A DNA stretch of 37,763 nucleotides from a virus. The stretch covers positions 1-37,763 of the IMG/VR virus record IMGVR_UViG_3300032190_000013; one strand, 5' to 3'. The first letter of the stretch is position 1. Each line of letters begins with the position of its first letter. Below the pieces are notes generated by a model. It was not told the origin of the DNA. It ran no database searches and saw only the letters and a list, made by a program, of their open reading frames with translations. The translations under genes and the position numbers were made by a program. Of the stretch, positions 13,688 to 22,488 are shown piece by piece.

Positions 13688-14497
13688 TCAATTCACAGGC
13701 ACATATTCAACCTTGATTTTTCCAGTAGTAGGAGTGAACTCGAGTTTTACTATTCCATTTGTGGGTGGTCTATATCCTTTTCGTTGGGCATATGTTTCAA
13801 AGCCCAGGAAAGAAGGAACTGCTATTAGATGTGTAGTTTCTACGTAAGGAGGATTAGCAGCGACTCCTCTGCTAACTTCTGAATGGACAAACTTGTGATG
13901 ATGACCGATTACAACGACATCCAGCCCGGACCACCCGGACCAGATATCTTCCAGTTCATTCAAGGGGCTTCCTTGTCTTCTCCCACCTCTGGAACCGTGC
14001 GTTAGCAAGATCTTGAAGATTCTTGGCGCTCCGTTGTTCTTTTTTCCTATTTCTAGATAAAGGAGCATTTGCCCTTCAGAGAAACGGATATGACGCTTGA
14101 AGCAAGCATATTTTAGGAAATTATCCCCAGTAGCTTTTGAAGCTCTTCTATCATGATTCCCTTCAGCCATTGCCAGCCAATTGAGAGAATCTAAGATCTT
14201 GTCAACTCTGAGCATTGCTTCAATTCCAACTCTTTGTTTGATTTCTTCCCTGGGAATCTTCCCGTCTAGAGTGGCCTGCCGTTCCAATTGTGTACGAATG
14301 TTATTGAAAAAGGCATAATCAAGCGAATCTCCTAAGCCAATGACAGGATCGTTCCCAATCTTTTTCTTTGCTTTTTCAAATGCTTCTTCTCGAAAAGTGG
14401 AAGCATCTTGGTGCAGGTCCGCAATAAGCCATAGCCTTTTGGAAGAGAGTTTAGTCCGAAATATATCTATTTCCGGTACCAGTGTTGTTATGTCCAT
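13688..14497 (-). CDS. Calcineurin-like metallophosphoesterase
   Basis: All five motifs are present: IADLH, GLGDSLDY, GNHD, LTHG and IGHHH. ATG 14497 (RBS aaggggg) is preferred because the longer ORF would run through a terminator hairpin. Confidence 0.85.
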   Translation of the reverse strand: MDITTLVPEIDIFRTKLSSKRLWLIADLHQDASTFREEAFEKAKKKIGNDPVIGLGDSLDYAFFNNIRTQLERQATLDGKIPREEIKQRVGIEAMLRVDKILDSLNWLAMAEGNHDRRASKATGDNFLKYACFKRHIRFSEGQMLLYLEIGKKNNGAPRIFKILLTHGSRGGRRQGSPLNELEDIWSGWSGLDVVVIGHHHKFVHSEVSRGVAANPPYVETTHLIAVPSFLGFETYAQRKGYRPPTNGIVKLEFTPTTGKIKVEYVPVN

Positions 14498-14513
14498 ATC
14501 AACCCCCTTATCC

Positions 14514-14540
14514 CAATAAAAAACCGCCCCGTAGGGCGGT
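14514..14540 (-). terminator. Rho-independent terminator ending the structural operon
   Basis: Stem accgccc/gggcggt (14523-14529/14534-14540) with loop cgta. The plus-strand A-run at 14515-14522 gives a U-run on the minus strand. Confidence 0.75.
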
Positions 14541-14561
14541 ATTATTTGTGAATATAATTCC

Positions 14562-14912
14562 TTATGTGTCAATCTTGACTCGTACTTTCAACCGGGAAAC
14601 GTCGTTATAGCCATCGATAGAAATATTCGCTTTTAAGTAGTAGATCCCGGGCAGGCAATTAGCCTCAAAGATTATCTTGTATAATCCTGTTGCTTCATGA
14701 AACACTTTTGCTGTTGAAACGGCGTTAAATCCTTCATCGTATGATTCGAGCAGGGCCGTGACATTATCTGCATCTTTAAGTTCCCATTGCTGAGAGGTTT
14801 TGTTCCATTCCCGAACTTCAAGCAGGACAACGCCCGAATCATACGCTTCTACCGAGATAGCTGTTATTTCTTCGTTTTTTATGTTCAACCACGTTTTCTT
14901 ATAGTTCGTCAT
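14562..14912 (-). CDS. Small virion/fibre-associated protein, paralogous to the C-terminal domain of the 956-aa protein
   Basis: NCLPGIYYLKANISIDGYNDVSRLKVRVKI compares with NCPNAPGIYYLVVQMFDPQVTRIERIKLRVKI in the upstream protein. ATGA overlap. Confidence 0.65.
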   Translation of the reverse strand: MTNYKKTWLNIKNEEITAISVEAYDSGVVLLEVREWNKTSQQWELKDADNVTALLESYDEGFNAVSTAKVFHEATGLYKIIFEANCLPGIYYLKANISIDGYNDVSRLKVRVKIDT

Positions 14913-17779
14913 GCTACCACCCCGATTTTTACTCGGAGCTTAATTCGTTCTATCCGAGTTACCTGTGGGTCAAACATCTGCACCACGAGGTAGTAAATTC
15001 CCGGAGCGTTCGGACAATTGAAGCCAACTTCAGTACCCTGAACTATTCCAGTTGAAACAACCACGGGTTTCCCGCTTGACCAGTCCTCAATATATGCTTT
15101 TTCAAGAACTCCATCTACTGGTTCGCTATTTGATGCCTTGAAAAACTGCACGTCAAACACGTACCAGCCTCCGCATTCGTAGAACGTTGGTAGCTCGTTT
15201 CCGCACCACGAAAACTCGATTGTAATATCGTCATCTTCGAACGTTGTACTTGCGCCAATGCTTGAAATTTTATAGCTTGACGTTTTCAATGATACGTTAG
15301 CAGCTTTGTTTATCCTTTGCTCGATAACCGAGTCTGGGACTATAAAAACGCTCGAGGTGGTGCTCTTTTGAAACTCCGCCTTTAAAGTCATCGAGAGCGT
15401 AACCGTTTTCGCTGAAGCTTTAACTAATGCAACGCTTGCTGGCTTAGTTTCTTTAATCGTTTCTGCTACCGCAGCATATGCCGAGAGCATTTTTGCTGTT
15501 TCTTGGAACAACCTCGCGCCCGCTGCAATTATCTTTGTAGCGCTGTTTGTTAAAGCCGTTTGAATAAGAAACGTTCTAACTCTCTTCGCTAATAAACTAA
15601 CCTGAGAGGGTTTTACCAGCGAATTGCCTGATATTGTTTCAACTGAAGCCGGAAGGTTCTTAACGCTCGCAAAAGCAAGCGAAGCGCTAACTCCTTTAGT
15701 TATTTGATTAACTGCTAATAAACTAGCTTGAGAAGGGTTAGCTATCGAACTAATTAATTGTGTTTTTGCTGAAGCTGAAATATTTTTCGAACTAACTAAA
15801 CAGAGTAAGGCGCTTGCTTCTTTACTTGTTTGCTTTGTTGTTTGAACCGTTGATGATGCTTGAACTACTATTTCCCTTACGCCCCAAAGCGATGCGCTAG
15901 TTGGTTTGCTTTTTAAGTGGCTGATTAACAGCTCAACCGCGATACCATACGCGTATTCTCCAAAATCCGCGCTTTCCCACACGAGAGCAGCGTCGGTTGA
16001 GCTTAACTTTCGCACTATGCCTTCGTACGTGCCGAAATATATGTAGTTGTCTAACCCGACTACAAGACGTATTTGGTTACCAAAATCGGCACTTTGCCAT
16101 ACAACCGACGCATCAACGGGGTCGAGTTTGAAGATAATGCCGTCCGCTGTTCCAACATATATGTATCCATCTTTCCCGACAGCCGGGCGTGCTCCTACCC
16201 CGAAGTCAGCGCTTGTCCACACGATCGAGCCGTCGGTCGGATTAAGCTGGTACACGAAGCCGTCCCAAGTTCCGGCATAAATTTTCCCGTCTTGACTAAC
16301 CACGGGATATACGTAAGTTGAGCCTAAATCCTCGCTTGTCCAGATAATCGAGCCATCACTGGGATCGAGTTTATATACATAGCCAATATATACGTCGTTT
16401 GTGGCGTCGTACATTCCGGTACCAGCGTATATATATCCATCTGGCCCAGCCGTAACGCTTACAGAAGAGCCAATGAGTGCGGGACTAGTCCATGCGACCG
16501 TACCGTCGGCAGGATTTACTTTTTTTACTACTCCTTCACCTGCAACGTAAATATAACCATCAGTTCCGACCGCCGGTTGTGGGTCACCAGAAGGGTTTAG
16601 AACGGCGCTTGTCCAAACAACAGAACCATCAACTGGGTTCAATTTTCGAAGAATTCCATCGTTTGTAGCGACATATACGTATTTACTAGAATCAACGGCA
16701 GCCGAGAAGATGTAAGCACTGAAATTTTCGCTTTGCCAAACCACAGAACCGTTTAATGGGTTGAGTTTTCGCATTATTCCATCGGCTGCACCGATATAAA
16801 CCGCTCCGACAGCTTCTGACACCTCATCCTGAGAATGCGGAACTATCAGGTCCGCTCCCGCTGGAACTTGTTTTACAGTCGCTACCCTTGCCGATGCTGT
16901 TATCTCCTTTGAAACCGTAATGATTGGGTCAGCTGCAATTGCCCATATAGGACTGACATCGTCTGCAAATGACCAAACGATAGAACCATCAGAAGCATTA
17001 AGTTTATACGTAACGCCAGCGGAATTACCAACATATACAAAATTACCATCATGTGATACAGCAAAAGCATTTGTTCCAATATCTTTTGCCCAAACGACTG
17101 AAGCGTCGGAGGCATTGAGTTTCCTTACAACGCCATCGGCATCACCGACATATACATAATTGCCATCGGGTGATACACTGACACCATAAGCATTGGAGCC
17201 AAAATCTGTGCTAATCCATACAGTAGAACCATCTGAAGCGTTGAGCTTTACTACAAAGCCATCACCCATACCGACATATAAATAGTTGCCGTCGGGTGAT
17301 ATTGCAAGACCATAGGCGGAATAACCTAAATCCGCGCTAGTCCAAACCTGAGAACCGTCAGAAGCATTTAGTTTAATTACATACCCGTAAGCACCACTAA
17401 TATATATGTAATTACCATCAGGCGAAACTACAAGACCGTATATATCGGCAGTGCCATAAACTTGCCAAACAATAGAACCATCAGAAGCGTTCAGTTTGAA
17501 TACATCGCCATCTTCACCGACATATACGAAGTTTCCATCAGGCGACAATGCTACGCCGTATGCGTAAATACCCAAATCCGAGCTTGTCCATATCAACGAA
17601 CCATCGTTTGCGTCTAGTTTATATAAATAGCCGGAATTTGAGCCGACATAAACAGTTGAACCATCAGTTGCTATCCCGCGAGCGTTACCACCATAGCCCG
17701 CTTTCCATATTAGCGAACCTGTTTCAGTATCGATTTTTTGAACGACACCATTATCTAAGCCAACATATATATAACCCAT
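14909..17779 (-). CDS. Tail fibre / receptor-binding candidate: two tandem beta-propellers (YVTN/PQQ-like repeats), a Ser/Ala/Thr-rich repeat stalk and a C-terminal beta-sandwich-like domain
   Basis: About 14-15 copies of a ~40-aa unit (SPDGNYVYVG-x-DG-x-V-x-KLNASDGS-x-VW). Two blocks are separated by a linker near residues 290-330. The gene follows the Tal-like gene. Confidence 0.75.
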   Translation of the reverse strand: MGYIYVGLDNGVVQKIDTETGSLIWKAGYGGNARGIATDGSTVYVGSNSGYLYKLDANDGSLIWTSSDLGIYAYGVALSPDGNFVYVGEDGDVFKLNASDGSIVWQVYGTADIYGLVVSPDGNYIYISGAYGYVIKLNASDGSQVWTSADLGYSAYGLAISPDGNYLYVGMGDGFVVKLNASDGSTVWISTDFGSNAYGVSVSPDGNYVYVGDADGVVRKLNASDASVVWAKDIGTNAFAVSHDGNFVYVGNSAGVTYKLNASDGSIVWSFADDVSPIWAIAADPIITVSKEITASARVATVKQVPAGADLIVPHSQDEVSEAVGAVYIGAADGIMRKLNPLNGSVVWQSENFSAYIFSAAVDSSKYVYVATNDGILRKLNPVDGSVVWTSAVLNPSGDPQPAVGTDGYIYVAGEGVVKKVNPADGTVAWTSPALIGSSVSVTAGPDGYIYAGTGMYDATNDVYIGYVYKLDPSDGSIIWTSEDLGSTYVYPVVSQDGKIYAGTWDGFVYQLNPTDGSIVWTSADFGVGARPAVGKDGYIYVGTADGIIFKLDPVDASVVWQSADFGNQIRLVVGLDNYIYFGTYEGIVRKLSSTDAALVWESADFGEYAYGIAVELLISHLKSKPTSASLWGVREIVVQASSTVQTTKQTSKEASALLCLVSSKNISASAKTQLISSIANPSQASLLAVNQITKGVSASLAFASVKNLPASVETISGNSLVKPSQVSLLAKRVRTFLIQTALTNSATKIIAAGARLFQETAKMLSAYAAVAETIKETKPASVALVKASAKTVTLSMTLKAEFQKSTTSSVFIVPDSVIEQRINKAANVSLKTSSYKISSIGASTTFEDDDITIEFSWCGNELPTFYECGGWYVFDVQFFKASNSEPVDGVLEKAYIEDWSSGKPVVVSTGIVQGTEVGFNCPNAPGIYYLVVQMFDPQVTRIERIKLRVKIGVVA

Positions 17780-17836
17780 TTTCTACACCGCCTTTGAATG
17801 GAATTTATAAGCGGTGATTCGCCTTGTATGGCGAAT

Positions 17837-18202
17837 CTACTCGTAAACAAAAGAAGTATTTCCATCATCGTGGAAAGCAACTAAAACTTTGAAGTTCCTT
17901 CCGTATTTTGTTATTTGGTAACCAGCTATCGGAAAGCGTGTGTAGCTTTGTTCTTTCCCGAACCGTTTTATACAGCGGTAAAAGTGAATCAATCTCCAGT
18001 TATACTCATGAGATACGGGAATTTCGAATATTTTCCCGCTTTCATGAACCATGAGAAAAGCCTCAAGGTTTTTCTGGTCAATGTCATAAAAATGTCTAGA
18101 AACGCTGTTCTCATCGAACTGCGGAATCATCTTTCCGTCTTTATACACTTCTAACCAAACCCACTTCTCGCCTTCTGGAAAATTGAGCTTAGTGGCTTCC
18201 AT
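17837..18202 (-). CDS. Hypothetical protein (121 aa) in the tail-tip region
   Basis: ORF with RBS ataggagtgatggcATG. Confidence 0.6.
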   Translation of the reverse strand: MEATKLNFPEGEKWVWLEVYKDGKMIPQFDENSVSRHFYDIDQKNLEAFLMVHESGKIFEIPVSHEYNWRLIHFYRCIKRFGKEQSYTRFPIAGYQITKYGRNFKVLVAFHDDGNTSFVYE

Positions 18203-18212
18203 GCCATCACTC

Positions 18213-18719
18213 CTATGCTATTTCGTCCCACATAACGGTGATGTTAGCTGTACCGCCTGCAAGAGAGGCTGTCGATGGCACTTCAAGCTGCAAAACACCG
18301 TAATCGGTATAACTACCGGCAGCCGTTATTTCGCCTCCGGCAGTACCACCAATATAAAGGTTTTCGGCTGGTTCAGTTGTTGGAATGTTTGCGGTAGCGA
18401 TTGTTGACGCGGTATTCACAGGTGCTTGGTAAGCCGCTGCTTGTCCGTATCTGAGTATAGTTCCTGGTATGGGTGCGTCAGTATCTGCGTAAACACGGAA
18501 GTTCTTAACTACGGAAGAACCTCCCATATCCGCAACGTAAGCTCTGAACCATCTCTCGAACGAATAGTTTGAACCTTCTGATGGAATCGGTATTGGATAG
18601 TTGGTCGGATTTTGACCGCTTCCAACATCAGCATTCAGTAAGTTGAGGTCAGCAGCGTCAGCTGCTTCAACTGTTTCGGTGCTACCATAAGATACGCGAA
18701 TTTCAACAATAGCCGCCAT
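18213..18719 (-). CDS. Hypothetical virion protein (168 aa, Gly/Ala/Thr-rich)
   Basis: ORF with RBS gaaggaggtataaaacATG. Confidence 0.6.
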   Translation of the reverse strand: MAAIVEIRVSYGSTETVEAADAADLNLLNADVGSGQNPTNYPIPIPSEGSNYSFERWFRAYVADMGGSSVVKNFRVYADTDAPIPGTILRYGQAAAYQAPVNTASTIATANIPTTEPAENLYIGGTAGGEITAAGSYTDYGVLQLEVPSTASLAGGTANITVMWDEIA

Positions 18720-18909
18720 GTTTTATACCTCCTTCTTTCCGGCAAGGATTTTTACATTCTGAGCAATGACTACCGCGCAACGGTCGGTAGTCTCTTGCTA
18801 GTTCGTTTGGGTGTATAGCAACCTTTTCTTCACTATTGATTAGGATCAGATTCCCGTTTTCCCACTTTGCCTCGTACACTTTACCTGTATTTTTGTTTAC
18901 AACTCTCAT
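18703..18909 (-). CDS. Small hypothetical protein (68 aa, Cys-containing C-terminus)
   Basis: ATGA overlap with the upstream 1192-aa gene. Contains HCSECKNPC. Confidence 0.5.
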   Translation of the reverse strand: MRVVNKNTGKVYEAKWENGNLILINSEEKVAIHPNELARDYRPLRGSHCSECKNPCRKEGGIKHGGYC

Positions 18910-21900
18910 GACACTGTACCTCCACCATTTGGTGTGATTATGATTGACGGGTCAATCTGATTCCTGTACTCGCCATACTTCGTTGCGTTGAATACTCTTG
19001 CATTCAAATCATCATGCAAGAACACTTTGTTTGTGCGGAGTAAAGGGTGACGCACGATTATCCGGAGGTATTTAATCGGTAACTCAACTACCGCATACTC
19101 AAAGTCTTCGTTCGTGAAAGTCGCGCTTGGAGTTTGAGTTATCGGAGTCGGTAAGTCAACCGTGTACCGGTAGGATTCCGTTCCATCACATTGCGAGATG
19201 GATATAACAAACCCTGTCAGGTTTATTGGTATCGTGTAAAGTTCTCTTATTGTCGGGTCTTCTCCCCACACTTTAAGTGGTGTATTCCACGTGAGGATCC
19301 CGCCAGTTAGCACGCGCCCGACATAGCCTTTAATCCCGGTAATCGAGCCCCACGAAGGTCTTGCGCCGTACTGGTTTAAAACCTCCTGAATGAACAGGTT
19401 GTCAGTCGCAGGAAAGTTTTCCATAACAGGAGTAGAGTCAAACTCGGGTATAGGCAGAATCATTCCCGAATAATCACAGAACGTATATGACAGCATTGTC
19501 GCGGGATAGAAGGTTTTCTTGCTTCCTAACAATCCCATATACGTGCTGTATCTTACTGCGTCCTCAACTGAGCGGAAGAATAGGTTTTCGAGATATCCTG
19601 CCCACCTGACTACCAGGGTTTGCGAAACCATTCGTTCCGCCCATACTACAAACCTCGGTGCTAGCCAACCGGGAACGCCGTTGTTTTCGTACGCAACAAA
19701 GTCGCTGTCTAATAGCGGCAGCCTGTAACCGAGTAGTTCATCGGTGAATTTTTCTATATCATAGCCAATGATTGTACGTGAATAAACGTATTTCGGAGTT
19801 CCGGAAGCGGTTATGGTTGGAACGTACACGTCAACTTTCGTGATGTCGCGCACATCGTCCTCGGTGAAATACTCATTGAAATATCCCGTTCCAACTAGCG
19901 ACGCTTTTCCTTCATCATCGAACCACGAGAAATCTACATCGGAAGGATAACCGCGCGCGACTAAATCATCGGCTTCTATCCCGCTAACTACCGCGTAACT
20001 TCCAGCCGTGATGTCTGTTCCAGTTGGCCGATCGTACTTCGCGAGGTCTTCTTCTTTCCAGAATTCAGCTATCGGCTCATTGTCTCCAGCGTACATGATT
20101 TGCTTCCATGTCCATTCACCGTTTTCTTCCACATATGCCCAAGCCTCGATAATCATCTTCCAGTCGAACCACGGCTTAACAGATTCATCTAATGGGAGTA
20201 ACTCGCGCGCCGTCATAACTCCCCAAGCTATGTATTTCGGGGTCAAGCTCATCATCTTCGTTGTTGAAGCATATACTCTTGTACTTGCAAAGCCGTCAAT
20301 ATAGTCTATTCCTGATTCGCTGGTCTCAAAGTATTCATCTCCTATCTGGAACGGCAGCCACGAGCCTTGGACGCCTCCACCAACTATCATTCCTATGACT
20401 TTATCTCCTTCTTTGAGGTATATCGTAACGTCGTAACGCCCGTCTTCAGGAATATCGAGCGATGAGAGGTCTAGAACAATCGTTTCCACTATTGGTTTTT
20501 GGGTTGGGTCATCAGATGGTTTTAAGAACGAGTGAACGGCTTTCGTTCCTTCGGCAGGTTCTCCTGTTAACGACAACCATTCGAGATGAGGAATTACCAG
20601 CTTCATGTCGGATCTATACGGAGCGGGTAAGAGTAGGTTATTTACTTCCTCATTTACTAAAAGCGGGGTAAAGTTTTCCGGAATATCAACCACGTATGCC
20701 GGCTTAAATTTTCCTAGCATTATCGCCAAACTGCATAAAGCATTTTGAACGGTTATTCCGGAATCTAATTGTTGCCAGCGTTCAAATGGTGTGTTATTTC
20801 CTTCTGATACATAGAATTCCTTGAACGTTGGAGTCGGGAATAATAACCGCGTTTCTGTCCCTTGGTCAAGCCATGTAGCCCAACCTCTCGGGTCGCCTGT
20901 ATAATCCGCTGCTGTAACGGGTATTTGCGCTAGTTCCGTTGAACAAGTTTCATCATAGAGGATTATCAACCCTGACGGGAGCTGGTCAAGATTGAGATGG
21001 TTTATCGTTGTGGTTATTGATGAATATTTTGCAAAATCAATTATTGCGTTTCGTATTCCTTCAAAATCCGAGCATTCTACCGGGGTATCAAGCCATCGTG
21101 TTTCGCCTGTAAGAGTTGCTTTGTGGTTGATTACGTCTATATCTATGCTATTAACGATAAAACCGCCGTGGAGCTTCGCATACGGTCGATTTGTAGCTAA
21201 ACCGTATTCAAGAAGAGTGTAATAATCCCTATATCCATGATAATTATCGCTTCCATCTATGAGCCATGTGAAAACTCCGCCATACAATAGATGGAACGTT
21301 CCATTTTCTTTATCGTAGAATATAAGCCTTCGAGCTTTGTTCCGGCTTCCGTACGAGCCACAATAGTAATGGACTCCATCTCCAAACTGCCATGTGTTTC
21401 CAACGTAAGTTCCAAAGAATTCGGAGGCGTTTTTCTGATACGGTGTTGTCGGAACATTTCCCGGTTCAAAGCGTAAGAGATATTCGAACGCGCCAACGCC
21501 TTCCGAAAGTATTGCCATATCTCCTGATATTCCTAGTTGGTTTGTCAGGCTTATAGGAATACTGAGACTCGAGCCAATGCTTAAAGCTCCTGCGAGCTCT
21601 TGGAACTTCTGCTCTGTATAGTATGGGCTTGAAGCACCGCCCTCCCATTCCTTCTCTTCCTCGGTTAGTACGGTTGAGAATCTATCGAAGAACACAAAGC
21701 CCGTTGCATTCAACAATGCAGAGGTAACGCCGAGATTTTCAGCATCAGCTTGAACCACGTAAAGCCCTGAAAAGGTTCTTCTGCAATAGTTAGCTAGTTT
21801 CAACCCATCTACATGTTCAATTGGTCCGAACCATAGCGGGTTGATAAAGGTTATAACTTCTTCCGGGGCTTCGTACTCATCGGGATTTTCTCCGCTGGTA

Positions 21901-22484
21901 TAAGCTCCTATCTTTGAATGGAAAGCGTTTTCGTCTCCTGTTTGCAATTTCTCAAAAACAGTAAGCCCGTGAACATCAAAAACACCGTAGCCTCCGATAA
22001 TGCCTTTTAGCTTTCCCTTTGACGCTTCCTGACCTGTTGCTTTTCGAAAGTCTTTCAAAGGGTCTTTTGGATCGATACGTTTTTCGCGTGGCACTATGAA
22101 GGTAGCGCCTTGAATAGTGCCATCGGTAATCTTGAACGTTTTTACCGTTCCGTCGGGGAGTTTAACCGTAACGTACTCGTCTCCTATATATCCGAGAATC
22201 TTACCGATGAGAACGTCCTCTTCGCTTGACCTGAAGATAGACAGTATCCCGTCGGGATCTTCGACTTGTTTGGGGATTTCGTATAGCCTTCCTTTGGTTG
22301 TGTAAAAGTACTCTCCATTTATGTAGCCTTCGCTCATCAAGGCTTTGTATATGTGCCCATCTTTTTCAAGTTCCAGCACTCCTCCAGGAAGAAAATTAAC
22401 AATTTTGTACTTCGCAACGGCTTTCGTACCTTCTTCCTTCCTGTTGACATTGTTGACAAAATCCCTAGCAGCTTTATCTGCCAT
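18906..22484 (-). CDS. Tail tip / host-specificity protein (Tal-like, 1192 aa)
   Basis: Called from size and position after the Dit-like gene. RBS agagggtgaagttATG. I recognise no enzymatic motif. Confidence 0.7.
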   Translation of the reverse strand: MADKAARDFVNNVNRKEEGTKAVAKYKIVNFLPGGVLELEKDGHIYKALMSEGYINGEYFYTTKGRLYEIPKQVEDPDGILSIFRSSEEDVLIGKILGYIGDEYVTVKLPDGTVKTFKITDGTIQGATFIVPREKRIDPKDPLKDFRKATGQEASKGKLKGIIGGYGVFDVHGLTVFEKLQTGDENAFHSKIGAYTSGENPDEYEAPEEVITFINPLWFGPIEHVDGLKLANYCRRTFSGLYVVQADAENLGVTSALLNATGFVFFDRFSTVLTEEEKEWEGGASSPYYTEQKFQELAGALSIGSSLSIPISLTNQLGISGDMAILSEGVGAFEYLLRFEPGNVPTTPYQKNASEFFGTYVGNTWQFGDGVHYYCGSYGSRNKARRLIFYDKENGTFHLLYGGVFTWLIDGSDNYHGYRDYYTLLEYGLATNRPYAKLHGGFIVNSIDIDVINHKATLTGETRWLDTPVECSDFEGIRNAIIDFAKYSSITTTINHLNLDQLPSGLIILYDETCSTELAQIPVTAADYTGDPRGWATWLDQGTETRLLFPTPTFKEFYVSEGNNTPFERWQQLDSGITVQNALCSLAIMLGKFKPAYVVDIPENFTPLLVNEEVNNLLLPAPYRSDMKLVIPHLEWLSLTGEPAEGTKAVHSFLKPSDDPTQKPIVETIVLDLSSLDIPEDGRYDVTIYLKEGDKVIGMIVGGGVQGSWLPFQIGDEYFETSESGIDYIDGFASTRVYASTTKMMSLTPKYIAWGVMTARELLPLDESVKPWFDWKMIIEAWAYVEENGEWTWKQIMYAGDNEPIAEFWKEEDLAKYDRPTGTDITAGSYAVVSGIEADDLVARGYPSDVDFSWFDDEGKASLVGTGYFNEYFTEDDVRDITKVDVYVPTITASGTPKYVYSRTIIGYDIEKFTDELLGYRLPLLDSDFVAYENNGVPGWLAPRFVVWAERMVSQTLVVRWAGYLENLFFRSVEDAVRYSTYMGLLGSKKTFYPATMLSYTFCDYSGMILPIPEFDSTPVMENFPATDNLFIQEVLNQYGARPSWGSITGIKGYVGRVLTGGILTWNTPLKVWGEDPTIRELYTIPINLTGFVISISQCDGTESYRYTVDLPTPITQTPSATFTNEDFEYAVVELPIKYLRIIVRHPLLRTNKVFLHDDLNARVFNATKYGEYRNQIDPSIIITPNGGGTVS

Positions 22485-22488
22485 AACT

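Noticed and set aside
13688-14572. Long (294-aa) form of the metallophosphoesterase starting at 14572
   Set aside because: The extra 25 codons would contain the terminator hairpin and U-tract of the upstream operon. ATG 14497 has a good SD and still precedes motif I.
14909-17779. Repeats in the propeller gene as a diversity-generating retroelement (template/variable repeat) target
   Set aside because: There is no reverse transcriptase anywhere in the window. The repeats are in-frame, diverged protein blades rather than a near-identical TR/VR pair with adenine-specific differences.
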